A stretch of 64,000 bases of DNA from NCBI GenBank assembly GCA_965223855.1, contig CBDCXM010000009.1:160001-224000 (forward strand), read 5' to 3'. The notes under the pieces are model-generated. The model was not told where the DNA came from. It ran no database searches and saw only the letters and a list, made by a program, of their open reading frames with translations. Position numbers and translations under genes: made by a program. Origin of the DNA: Candidatus Multivoradales bacterium. GTDB lineage: Bacteria > Acidobacteriota > Thermoanaerobaculia > Multivoradales > JAHEKO01. Below are positions 9,438-18,207 of this stretch, piece by piece. Numbering within the stretch: position 1 is the stretch's first letter; every line of letters starts with the position of its first letter.

Positions 9438-10520
9438 ATGACCGAAACTCTGGCGCTCGACAAGCACGGCTGCCCGGCTTGCGGAGCCCAGGCGGAGTGG
9501 AACCCCGGCACCCAGAACCTCTCGTGCGGCTATTGCGGCACGCAGTCGCCCTACGAGGTGACGACCGAGGGGGAGATCCGCGAGATCGACCTCGTCCGCA
9601 CCCTGCGCGAGATGCCGGAGGAGCTGCGCGGCTGGCAGGCGTCGAAGAAGAGCGTGCGCTGCCGCAGTTGCAAGGCGGTCTCGGTCTTCGACCCGGCCCG
9701 GGTCGGTCAGAACTGCGAGTTCTGCGGCTCCCCGGAACTGATCGACTACGACGAGCTCAAGCCGCCCATCCGGCCGCAGAGCGTGCTGCCGTTCAAGGTC
9801 AGCGAGGCGGCGGTGCGCGAGTCGCTGCGCCGCTGGTTCGGCAGCAAATGGCTCGCTCCGGGAAAGCTCAAGAAGAAGGCGCTCGTCGACACCGTCCGCG
9901 GCGTCTACATCCCCTACTGGACCTTCGACGCACAGGTCGATTGCCCCTGGCGGGCCGAGTCCGGCCACTACTACTACACCAGCCGCAGCGTCCGCGACTC
10001 GAACGGCCGGTTGCGGCGCCAGCGGGTGCGCCACGTCCGCTGGCGCCCAGCCTCGGGGCGGCTTCAGCACTTCTTCGACGACGAGCCGGTGCCCGGCACC
10101 CAGGGGATCCCGCTCGACCTGCTGAAGCAGGCCGAGCCGTTCCCGACCCGTGATCTCCTCCCCTACGACACTGCGTATCTCTCGGGCTTCATCGTCGAGC
10201 ACTACAAAGTCGTGCTGATCGAGGCGGCACAGGGCGCCCGGGAGTCGATGGAGGATCAGCTCCGGACGATGTGCGCGCATCGCATCCCCGGCGACACCTA
10301 CCGCAACCTGTCGATCGAGCCGATCTACAGCGGCGAGACGTTCAAGCACATCCTGGTGCCGGTGTGGGTGCTGTCCTACGACTATCGCGGGCGGCCGTTC
10401 CAGATGGTGGTCAACGGAGTGACCGGGAAGATCGCGGGCCGCTACCCGAAGAGCTTCTGGAAGATCTTCTTCCTCGTTGCGCTGATGGTGATCGTGATCG
10501 GCCTCGTGCTCTTCGCCTGA
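9438..10520 (+). CDS. Multi-zinc-ribbon membrane-anchored protein (YdjG-like)
   Basis: CPACG, CGYCG, CRSCK and CEFCGS motifs; GVYIPYWTFD; VVNGVTGKIAG; C-terminal TM helix. Start taken as ATG 9438. Confidence 0.8.
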   Translation: MTETLALDKHGCPACGAQAEWNPGTQNLSCGYCGTQSPYEVTTEGEIREIDLVRTLREMPEELRGWQASKKSVRCRSCKAVSVFDPARVGQNCEFCGSPELIDYDELKPPIRPQSVLPFKVSEAAVRESLRRWFGSKWLAPGKLKKKALVDTVRGVYIPYWTFDAQVDCPWRAESGHYYYTSRSVRDSNGRLRRQRVRHVRWRPASGRLQHFFDDEPVPGTQGIPLDLLKQAEPFPTRDLLPYDTAYLSGFIVEHYKVVLIEAAQGARESMEDQLRTMCAHRIPGDTYRNLSIEPIYSGETFKHILVPVWVLSYDYRGRPFQMVVNGVTGKIAGRYPKSFWKIFFLVALMVIVIGLVLFA

Positions 10521-10529
10521 ATTCTCTTC

Positions 10530-10574
10530 GCCAGAGCGCTCTTTGCCTGAGCGCCCTTTGCCTGAGTGCTCAGG
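10530..10574. repeat. Three tandem imperfect 15-bp units GCCWGAGYGCYCTTT
   Basis: gccagagcgctcttt / gcctgagcgcccttt / gcctgagtgctcagg in the intergenic gap. Confidence 0.6.
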
Positions 10575-10592
10575 ACGCGTCAGACTCGAACC

Positions 10593-10952
10593 ATGAACGC
10601 CCTCTTCGTCGGCGCCCTCTACGCCGCCCTCGCCGTCGCCGCCGGGGCTTTCGGCGCTCATGCCCTCGTGGAGCGGCTCGACCCGAAAGCGCTCGGACAG
10701 TGGAAGACCGCGGCGAGCTATCTGATGTACGGCGCTCTCGGTCTCCTCGCCACCGGAGTCCTCGCTCGCCTGTGGCAGGCGCCGCTGCGAGGCCCGACCC
10801 TGGCACTCGGGATCGGCAGCGCACTCTTCGCGGCCACCGTGTTCGCACTGGCCCTGGGCGGCCCGCGCTGGCTGGGCGCGATCACGCCGCTCGGCGGCGC
10901 CGGCATGATCCTCGGTTTCGCCTGGCTCGCTGTCTCGGCGCTCGGGCGCTAG
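10593..10952 (+). CDS. DUF423 (YgdD/YwdK-like) membrane protein
   Basis: AVAAGAFGAHAL...WKTAASYLMYGAL...WLGAITPLGG. Confidence 0.88.
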   Translation: MNALFVGALYAALAVAAGAFGAHALVERLDPKALGQWKTAASYLMYGALGLLATGVLARLWQAPLRGPTLALGIGSALFAATVFALALGGPRWLGAITPLGGAGMILGFAWLAVSALGR

Positions 10953-10992
10953 CCCACGAGCCGGCCCACGGAGAAAGGGGCGGGATTTCGGC

Positions 10993-11021
10993 GAAGGATT
11001 GCGGCCCGCCGGTCATCCAAC
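10993..11021 (+). promoter_or_regulatory. Putative ECF-sigma autoregulatory promoter GAAGGATT-N13-CATCCAAC
   Basis: The same two 8-mers with the same spacing recur at 16186-16158 on the minus strand. Confidence 0.7.
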
Positions 11022-11067
11022 ATGAAAGAGTCGGGCAGAACCCGCCCGACCCTCCCACCGGGAGCCG

Positions 11068-11700
11068 ATGAACCGCCGAGGGACAGAACGAGAGCTGATC
11101 CGCCGCATGCTCGGCGGCGAGCGGGAGGCGTTCGACCGCTTCTGCGACGAGTACGTGCCGCAGCTCTATCGCTTCGCCCGCCGCCGGCTGCGCGGCGACG
11201 ACGACGTGACACAGGAGGTCGTCCAATCGACCGTCTGCAAGGCGATCCGTGGACTCGGATCGTTCCGCGGCGAAGCTGCGCTGATGACCTGGCTATGCGC
11301 GGTCTGCCGCAACGAGATCGCTGCGCACTTCCGCCGGCGGACGAAGCACGACGGCGAGATCGCCCTCGACGCGCTCGAGACCGACACCCACCACGTGCTC
11401 GTCGATCACGACTCTCCCGACCCTGAAACGACCGCCATGCGGGCCGAGGGGCGGGAGCGGATTCACGATGTTCTCGACACCCTGCCACCGCACTATTCCG
11501 ATGCGCTGCAGATGAAGTACGTCGAGGGCCTGTCGACCCGCGAGATTGCCGACCGGCTCGAACTCTCGGCCAAGGCGACCGAGTCGCTCCTGACCCGAGC
11601 CCGAGTGAGATTCCGCCAGCGCTACTCGCGCGCGGAAGACCCGGTGACCGCACCGCCTCGAGAACGAGGCACGGTCGCCCCCCTGGAGTTTCAAGCATGA
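11068..11700 (+). CDS. ECF-family RNA polymerase sigma factor
   Basis: Region 2 (YVPQLYRFARRRL...SFRGEAALMTWLCAVCRN) and region 4 (LDTLPPHYSDALQMKYVEGLSTREIADRLEL). Confidence 0.93.
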   Translation: MNRRGTERELIRRMLGGEREAFDRFCDEYVPQLYRFARRRLRGDDDVTQEVVQSTVCKAIRGLGSFRGEAALMTWLCAVCRNEIAAHFRRRTKHDGEIALDALETDTHHVLVDHDSPDPETTAMRAEGRERIHDVLDTLPPHYSDALQMKYVEGLSTREIADRLELSAKATESLLTRARVRFRQRYSRAEDPVTAPPRERGTVAPLEFQA

Positions 11701-12653
11701 GCGAGACCAAGATCCGACCGTTGCACGACCCCGAGATCGCTTCCGACCTGCGCTCCGCAGGCCCTCGCGAAGCCGTTCCACAGGAGGCGCTGGCCGCCAT
11801 CCGTGAGGCTGCGACCGTCGAATGGCAGGACGTCGTCCGCGGACGTCGGTCGGCCCGAAGAACGCGCCTGATGGCGGCGGCCGCGCTCGTCGCGGTCGCG
11901 CTCGGAGTTTCGCTGTGGGCGTGGCGCGGTACGACCGTCGGCGCCGAGAGCGTGGCTCTGGTCGAGGCAGCTCCCGCCTCGACGGTCTGGGCAACGGGCA
12001 TGCCGGTTTCCAGGGGGACCGTTCTCGCGCCCGAGACCGACCTGGCGCTGCGCCTTGCGGGCGGGCAGTCGATCCGGCTGCAGGGCGGGAGCGAAGTCAG
12101 GGTCGCGGCGGCCGACGCTCTCGAGCTGAGTCGCGGAACCCTCTACTTCGACTCGGCCGGCGCTCCGGCGGGCACGAGCCTCACCGTAGCGACCCCGTTC
12201 GGCTCCGTGAGTGACATCGGAACCCAGTTCGAGCTGCGCCTCTCCGAGGAAGAGCTGACCGTGAAGGTGCGCGAGGGCGCGGTCGATCTGTCCGCCCGGG
12301 AGGCGCCGATCCGGATCGGCCAGGGCGAGCAGCTCGTCCTCTCGAGCGACGGCAGCGTCGCACGCCACCCGGTCGATCGGTACGGAGAGACGTGGTCCTG
12401 GGTGGTCGCCCTGGCGAAGCCGGTCGAAGTCGAGGGTCTGCCGCTCGGCGACTTCCTCGACTGGTTCAGCCGCGAGACCGGCCAGGCGATCGACTACGCG
12501 AGCGCCGACATCGAGACGGCCTCCCGAGCCACCGTGCTGCACGGCTCCATCGAGGGACTCGACCCCTTCCGGGCGCTCGACGTCGTCCTCGCGAGCTCCG
12601 GCTTCACCTTCGAGGCGGTCGATGGACGGATCGTTCTCGACGACCCCTCCTGA
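11697..12653 (+). CDS. FecR-like anti-sigma / transmembrane sensor
   Basis: ATGA overlap with the sigma gene; one TM helix; FecR motifs LELSRGTLYFD, VATPFGSVSDIGTQFEL, VKVREGAV; C-terminal domain LGDFLDWFSRETG. Confidence 0.88.
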   Translation: MSETKIRPLHDPEIASDLRSAGPREAVPQEALAAIREAATVEWQDVVRGRRSARRTRLMAAAALVAVALGVSLWAWRGTTVGAESVALVEAAPASTVWATGMPVSRGTVLAPETDLALRLAGGQSIRLQGGSEVRVAAADALELSRGTLYFDSAGAPAGTSLTVATPFGSVSDIGTQFELRLSEEELTVKVREGAVDLSAREAPIRIGQGEQLVLSSDGSVARHPVDRYGETWSWVVALAKPVEVEGLPLGDFLDWFSRETGQAIDYASADIETASRATVLHGSIEGLDPFRALDVVLASSGFTFEAVDGRIVLDDPS

Positions 12654-12696
12654 GGTGTCCACCCCGGTTCGCTGAGCGCCTCGAAGCCCTGCGAAG

Positions 12697-15234
12697 CTAG
12701 AAGGTCACCCGCAAGCCGGCCGAAGGCAGAATCCCGGCCCACTCCTCGGCGATCCGGTCCAGCATCCCCGTGTCCTCGTCGATCTCGATGTCGAAACCGG
12801 CGACGTTGCCCCGGTCGTAGAGGTTCTGCACGTCGATCCAGAACGACCACGACGCCGACGGTGAGCGCCAGGAGCGGGCGAGTCGCAGATCGAGCCGGTG
12901 GTAGTCCGGGAGCCTCTCGCTCGCCCGTTCCCCGAGCACCGGGACGAACTCCACCTCTCCCTCCTCGTCGATCACCTGCTCGACACGGATCGGCGTCGTC
13001 GGCCAGCCGCTGTGAAACCGCCAGGCGGCATTCAAGGTCCAGCGCCCGCCGAGGCGCAGGTCGAGATCCGCGCTGAAGCTGTGCGGCTGATCGCCCGGTC
13101 TCGGGATCCAGCCGCCGGGTATGCGATCTTCGCTCGACGACCAGGCATAGTTGAGCCACCACCCCACTCGTCGGCCCGGCCGACCGCGAACGGACAGCTC
13201 GACACCCCGGGCCCGGCTGCGCCCCGGAGCGACGACGACGCGATCGGGCTCGAGCTCCGGGAACGTGTTGAGCGACTCGTAGAGGTTCTCGTAGCGGGGA
13301 AGTGGATTGCTGACCGGCCGCTCGTAGATCTCGAGCCGGAAGCCGACCCCCCGGCCGTCACCGCCAGGCACCCGCTCGTAGCCGACGACCCGGTGCTCCG
13401 CTCTCTCGACCGGCCGAAAGCTGGTCTCGCCGTCTTCGACCAGGAGCTCGTAGGGCCGTTGACTCTGATGGAAGCGGCCCCACGCCGCGCGGACGATCGA
13501 TCTCCCACCCAGATTCCGAGCGACGTTGATCCTCGGGCTCCAAAGTGACTCGTTGGTCTGAGAATGATGGTCGTAGCGCAGACCGACCTCGGTCGTCGTG
13601 GTGCCCCCTCCCTGGAGCCGACCCGAGAAGTACCCTGCGGCGTGCTGCTCGTCGAAGCTCTCGACGAAGCGCACCTCCTCGTTCGGCGGCTCGCGAATCA
13701 CCGCGAGGGGATTGATGAAGTCGTTGGTGGAGGCGTAGTCGTAGTCGGCGACGAAGCGGCGCAGCTGGCCGCCGACCTTGATCGAATGCCGGGACCCCAC
13801 TCGCGCCCGGAGATCGCTGCGAAACGCCTCCACCTCGAGAGTCCGTCGATCCTCGACGGTGATCTCGCCGTCCTCTTCGGCCTCGAAGCCGGTTCGCTCA
13901 CGCTCGATCCGGCTGCTCGAAAGCGCCGACTCGATCAGGACCGTAGGGCTTGCGAGGAGGGTGTGGGTCAGCCAGGCGTAGCTCGACAGATAGTCGGTCG
14001 CAGTCTGCTTCTCTCCGTCCTCCGAGACCTCCGCGAATTCCAGTTCGTCCTGTCCATGGAGGGCATTGAGCCGCCACGAGCTGGTGGCGGAGCCATCGAA
14101 CTCGAGCTTTCCGAAGGCGTCCCAGAAGCGCGGATCCTCGTTTCCCAGCAGTCGACTTGCGAGGTCGATCGAGCCGCGACGCCCGAGGCCCAGCCAGCGG
14201 CCCCGCTCCCCCTGGAACGACCCTGCACTCCCCGCCTCGAGAGAGAGCAGGCTGAGGCCGATCTCCGTCTGTCGGGGGCCGCTCGGACGGATGGTCACCA
14301 TGTCGAGGACGCCGCTCATGCGGTCGCCGTGTTCCGCGGGAAAGCCGCCTGTCGACAGCTCGACGCTCTCGAGCACCCGCGACGGAACGACGCTCAGGGC
14401 GTTGTCGAAGTCCTTCAGGTGGTAGGTCTCGAAGAGCTCCTGTCCGTCGAGAAGCACCCGGGTCTCGTCCCGTCTGCCCCCCCGGACGCTGAACGAGGCG
14501 CTGACGTCGTTGCCGGTGATCCCCGGCAGCAGGCTCAGAGCACGGAAGACGTCTCCGCCCAGATGAGGCAGCGCCTCGAGGTCGTCGCGGCTCAGCGCCA
14601 CCGGCGCGGCCGGCGCCTCGCGCAGCAGGGAGATCCGGCTCGGAGTGACGACGACCTCCTCCTCGGTCACGGGAGCGCGATCGAGCACGGCATCCGTCCG
14701 GACGGTTTCGCCGTGCCGCACACGAACCCCTTCGAGGCGAGCGACGACATATCCCCGCCGGGCGATGAGGAGCTCGTACTCGCCCAGCGGGAGCGCGAGA
14801 CTGAACCGGCCGTCAGGGCCGGTCCGGGTCTCTCGGGACCCCCCGCGCGCGCGCACCGAAGCCCCCGCCACGGGTGTCCCATCGCGAGCCCGAACCGCTC
14901 CGGCCACCGTGCCCTCGCTCTTGTCCCGGTCGACGACGACGAGGAGGTCGCCCTCTTCGCGCACGCCCAGGCCATGCTGGCTCAGAGCGAGCTCGAGGAG
15001 CCACCGCGCGTCGGTCCCCTCGAGCGCCGTCTCGAGCTCGAGCTGCGGCGTCACCAGCCGATCGCTGAAGACGAGCTCGAGCGACTCGCCGCGAAGCGTC
15101 TCGAGTACCTCGAGCAGAGACGTTCCGCGAGCGAATCGCAACTCCTGGCCGAAGACGCCGCCGGTGGTCAGGGAGAGCAGCACCGCCGGGACCGCGAACA
15201 ACCGCCATCCACGACCTCGCTCGCCCGCCGCCAT
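12697..15234 (-). CDS. TonB-dependent receptor/transducer with N-terminal STN-like and carboxypeptidase-regulatory-like domains
   Basis: Signal peptide; N-terminal extension (SLLEVLETLR...LVFSDRLV...LELALSQHGL); plug LSLLPGI...SVRGG...STGGFPAEHGDRMSGVLDM; terminal GLRVTF. Confidence 0.9.
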   Translation of the reverse strand: MAAGERGRGWRLFAVPAVLLSLTTGGVFGQELRFARGTSLLEVLETLRGESLELVFSDRLVTPQLELETALEGTDARWLLELALSQHGLGVREEGDLLVVVDRDKSEGTVAGAVRARDGTPVAGASVRARGGSRETRTGPDGRFSLALPLGEYELLIARRGYVVARLEGVRVRHGETVRTDAVLDRAPVTEEEVVVTPSRISLLREAPAAPVALSRDDLEALPHLGGDVFRALSLLPGITGNDVSASFSVRGGRRDETRVLLDGQELFETYHLKDFDNALSVVPSRVLESVELSTGGFPAEHGDRMSGVLDMVTIRPSGPRQTEIGLSLLSLEAGSAGSFQGERGRWLGLGRRGSIDLASRLLGNEDPRFWDAFGKLEFDGSATSSWRLNALHGQDELEFAEVSEDGEKQTATDYLSSYAWLTHTLLASPTVLIESALSSSRIERERTGFEAEEDGEITVEDRRTLEVEAFRSDLRARVGSRHSIKVGGQLRRFVADYDYASTNDFINPLAVIREPPNEEVRFVESFDEQHAAGYFSGRLQGGGTTTTEVGLRYDHHSQTNESLWSPRINVARNLGGRSIVRAAWGRFHQSQRPYELLVEDGETSFRPVERAEHRVVGYERVPGGDGRGVGFRLEIYERPVSNPLPRYENLYESLNTFPELEPDRVVVAPGRSRARGVELSVRGRPGRRVGWWLNYAWSSSEDRIPGGWIPRPGDQPHSFSADLDLRLGGRWTLNAAWRFHSGWPTTPIRVEQVIDEEGEVEFVPVLGERASERLPDYHRLDLRLARSWRSPSASWSFWIDVQNLYDRGNVAGFDIEIDEDTGMLDRIAEEWAGILPSAGLRVTF

Positions 15235-15397
15235 CTCACGATCTCCCTGACATCTCGCGGAGCATACAGAACGGGCGGGGCGCCTCCGTGTGGAGAAGCC
15301 CCCGCCCGACGCGAGCTGGTGTTCAAGGACACTTCAGCCGTCAGCCACCCCCGGGGCGCGGACAAAGGGCGCGCTCCGGGGACGGCGTCGGCCGGCC

Positions 15398-16084
15398 TCA
15401 CTCGACCTCGAACTCGACCTCCGAGATCGTCCGGTTGCCGCTGCGCTCGATCGCGATGACCTCGACCTTGTAGGTTCCGGCGCGGCGCAGGAACTGCGGC
15501 GGGACCTGGAAGCTCGTCTGGTTGCGCCCCATGTCGATGCGGAACACCCTCAGCTGCGGCTCGTCCGTCTCGAGGACGACCTCGTAGCTCCTGATTCCGG
15601 AAACGGGAGCCCACTCGATGATCGCGTTGGCCCGATCGACCGTGCTCTCCTCCTCGGGGGAGAGGATCTCCGGCGCGTCGGGGAGGTTGTGGGTCAGGCG
15701 CGCACTGCCCCGAAGGCTCGCTCCGTCGGTGGTCCGACCGCGGAAGCGGTAGACGCCGGCCGGGAACAGCGCGAGAAACTCCTCCAGCGGCTGCTCGTCG
15801 AACGAGGGCTCGGCGCTCTCGATGAAGAGCTCCGTGATCCCCTGGAGAGCGATTCCGCCGTCGGCGGCAACTCCCATCACCGTTGTTCCGTTCGGCGCGA
15901 GCACCTCCATCGTGTCCCACTGCTCACCGTCCAGGAACACCTGGATCCCGGCGTCTCCGTCCGTGTCGTTGATCTCGATGTAGATCGCGGTCTCGTCGAG
16001 CCGCACGGCCAAAGCAGGCGTTGCCAACACCACGAGAGCGAGCATTGTGCTCACCGCCACAATTCCTACTGTCTTGCGCTGCAT
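15398..16084 (-). CDS. Secreted acidic protein of unknown function (possible C-terminal Ig/FN3-like domain)
   Basis: MQRKTVGIVAVSTMLALVVLATPALA signal peptide, AAAGGAG RBS, IYIEINDTDGDAGIQVFLDGEQW...; beta-rich C-terminus. Confidence 0.75.
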   Translation of the reverse strand: MQRKTVGIVAVSTMLALVVLATPALAVRLDETAIYIEINDTDGDAGIQVFLDGEQWDTMEVLAPNGTTVMGVAADGGIALQGITELFIESAEPSFDEQPLEEFLALFPAGVYRFRGRTTDGASLRGSARLTHNLPDAPEILSPEEESTVDRANAIIEWAPVSGIRSYEVVLETDEPQLRVFRIDMGRNQTSFQVPPQFLRRAGTYKVEVIAIERSGNRTISEVEFEVE

Positions 16085-16157
16085 CCGTCGTCTCCTTTCA
16101 GCCGCGGGGTCGCGATTCGTCCCGGAACGGGAGAGACGCCTCGCCAGCCGTCGGTGA

Positions 16158-16186
16158 GTTGGATGCGGGAGCCCGGGAAATCCTTC
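16158..16186 (-). promoter_or_regulatory. Second copy of the putative ECF promoter, upstream of the secreted protein and TonB transducer
   Basis: Reverse complement reads GAAGGATT-tcccgggctcccg-CATCCAAC. Confidence 0.7.
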
Positions 16187-16200
16187 GAGCCGGAAGCGAG

Positions 16201-17565
16201 TCAGCTTCCGGGTGGACAGCCGCCCTGGGCTGCCGAGCGGCGCATGAGGGTCCACTCCCTCCCCTGCGACGGGGGATCGGTCTGAATCGTCAGCACGGCG
16301 CTCTGCACCGAGGTGCCGGCCACACGGCAGAAGCCCATCGTCACGTCGACCGACTCGCCAGGGTTCAACCGTCGTGGAAGGGGGGGCACGGCGTTCACCT
16401 GCCAGTTCGCTCGCGCCGCTTCGTCGACCGCCGCCGACCGGACCGTGACCGGCTCCTCACCCGTGTTGGTCGCGCGGATGGTTCGGGTTCCCGTGCAGCC
16501 GTCCAACGTGCCCGAGAAGCACAGGTCGTCGGGTAGCGGGAACTCGTCGGGGCCGACGACCTCCTCGAAGCTCAGCGCGAAGTCGGGCTCGACTCTGGCG
16601 AGCAGGTCGATGCGATGTTCCCGCAGGCCGAAGCGGTTCTGCGGCGGCACCTCGTAAGTGGTGAAGAACGACAGGGCACCCTCCGCCTGCCCGGAAAGCT
16701 CCTGCCGCGACGCCAGGAAGAAGCCGGCAATCTGGCACCTGCTCGTCCGACTCCCGATCCGCGTGGAGCCTTGCGGAACGAGTTCCAGCAGTCCCTCGTT
16801 GGCGCAGGAGGCCGAGTGGGCATGAAAGCCGGGGTCGGATCCGGGGAGGAGTGGGTTCTCGAGAGCGACGATGTCGATCGGCTCGCTGCGGAGATCGCCG
16901 CAGTTCGTGATCTCGACCACCAGCGACCCAGCGGTCCGACCCTCGTCGAACGTTCCGAAGTCGAAGCTGTCGCCGCACGGTAAGCCGTTGCAGGTGATCT
17001 CGAGGCACTGGTCGGACGGGGGAGGCGGCGGACCCTCACAGAACGGCATGACGGAGGGCGGGTCCTCGAGGCATCCCCTGAGCATCGGGAAGTCGACGGG
17101 CCCCTGGGGGGTGCAGGTCACGCTCTCCGGCCAGACGCACCATGGGCCCTCGTGCCTGTCGAGGAACGTCCCGTTCAGAGCGATCACGTCGGAGGGAATC
17201 CGATCCGGGGTCGCCGCCCAGTCGATGATGTCCCTCCACTCCGCAGTGACGGAGGCTTCGTTGTCGTAGTCCCCGCACTGCGGGCAGCGCGCGCCCGAGC
17301 AGGTCGCCAGCGGCAGCCGTGGCAGCGCTTCCCCATCGACGTTCCGCACCAGGTCCGTGTGACGGAGACTCGAGAGGGTCTCGACGTGCCCGTCCGCACT
17401 CTGCAGCTGAGCCACGCAGTGATAGCTGGTGCCCTCCTCTGGCGGATCGGAGTGGTAGACCGGTCTAGTCGGAGCTGCGAGAAAGCAACCGGAGGTCGAG
17501 ATCGTCAGAAACGCGATCAGCGACAGGACGGTCGAAGCGTTTGACCGGGCGAGAAGCGAGTACAT
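16201..17565 (-). CDS. Cys-rich predicted lipoprotein with Ig-like (ASH / choice-of-anchor-D-like) C-terminal domains
   Basis: AGGAGG RBS; ISTSGC lipobox-like; many Cys; FDFGTF...VEITNCGD and TIRATNTGEEPVTV...PRRLNPGESVDVTMGF Ig-like motifs. Confidence 0.65.
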   Translation of the reverse strand: MYSLLARSNASTVLSLIAFLTISTSGCFLAAPTRPVYHSDPPEEGTSYHCVAQLQSADGHVETLSSLRHTDLVRNVDGEALPRLPLATCSGARCPQCGDYDNEASVTAEWRDIIDWAATPDRIPSDVIALNGTFLDRHEGPWCVWPESVTCTPQGPVDFPMLRGCLEDPPSVMPFCEGPPPPPSDQCLEITCNGLPCGDSFDFGTFDEGRTAGSLVVEITNCGDLRSEPIDIVALENPLLPGSDPGFHAHSASCANEGLLELVPQGSTRIGSRTSRCQIAGFFLASRQELSGQAEGALSFFTTYEVPPQNRFGLREHRIDLLARVEPDFALSFEEVVGPDEFPLPDDLCFSGTLDGCTGTRTIRATNTGEEPVTVRSAAVDEAARANWQVNAVPPLPRRLNPGESVDVTMGFCRVAGTSVQSAVLTIQTDPPSQGREWTLMRRSAAQGGCPPGS

Positions 17566-17736
17566 GGCTGATTCCTCCTGAGTGCGACGTGAGACTCGGG
17601 CTCACGAGTTCAGGCGACACAGGGGAACGCACCACAACATCTCCCGCCACTCTTCCTGACCGATCCTTCGGCCAGCGCAACCGCCCTCGGCCCAGGTACC
17701 GAAGAAACCATCGCCTTGATGACCGGAGCTCCGGAC

Positions 17737-17925
17737 CGCGGCATCGGACAAGCCGGTAGGCGTCCGTTCGAGGAGGGCCTGCCGGGGCCGTGAGGACCCA
17801 GCCGAGTTGCCGATAGCCCTTCCGCTCCGATGCCGCGCAGGGTCCGACAGAGCGGCGCCGACTTCCGCTTCACCGGGAAGCGCCGCGTGCCCTGGCAGGC
17901 CCTCCTCGAACGGGCGCCGGCTCAG
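17737..17925. repeat. Structured intergenic repeat, copy 1 (189 bp; long terminal stem, two internal stems)
   Basis: ggcgtccgttcgaggagggcctgccggggc pairs with gccctggcaggccctcctcgaacgggcgcc; internal ggaccc/gggtcc and gcggcgc/gcgccgc stems. Confidence 0.85.
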
Positions 17926-17988
17926 GAGGAGAAGCACCAGCGAGCCAAGATCGCTCAGGCAAGCCCCTGCACGGCCTGGATCCTAGAG

Positions 17989-18177
17989 CGCGGTATCGGG
18001 CAAGCCGGTAGGCGTCCGTTCGAGGAGGGCCCATCAGGGCCGTGAGGACCCAGCCGAGTTGCCGATGGCTCTTCCGCCCTGGTGCCGCGCAGGGTCCGAC
18101 AGAGCGGCGCCGACTTCCCTCCCACCGAGATGCGCCGCGTGCCCTGGCGGGCCCTCCTCGAACGGACGCCGGCTCAG
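17989..18177. repeat. Structured intergenic repeat, copy 2 (direct repeat, 252-bp offset)
   Basis: Colinear with copy 1, same length, with scattered substitutions including a compensatory T-A to C-G change in the outer stem. Confidence 0.85.
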
Positions 18178-18207
18178 AACCAGAAAGGACTCGAGAGCGA
18201 GAAACGC

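Noticed and set aside
15273-15381. Two GC-rich hairpins between the secreted protein and the TonB transducer
   Set aside because: No U-tract and no recognisable riboswitch motif; they may tune mRNA stability but cannot be called.
17737-18177. Possible CRISPR array, or short ORFs, in the repeat region
   Set aside because: Only two 189-bp units, no 25-45 bp repeat/spacer periodicity and no cas genes; the overlapping ORFs are low-complexity and lack an RBS.
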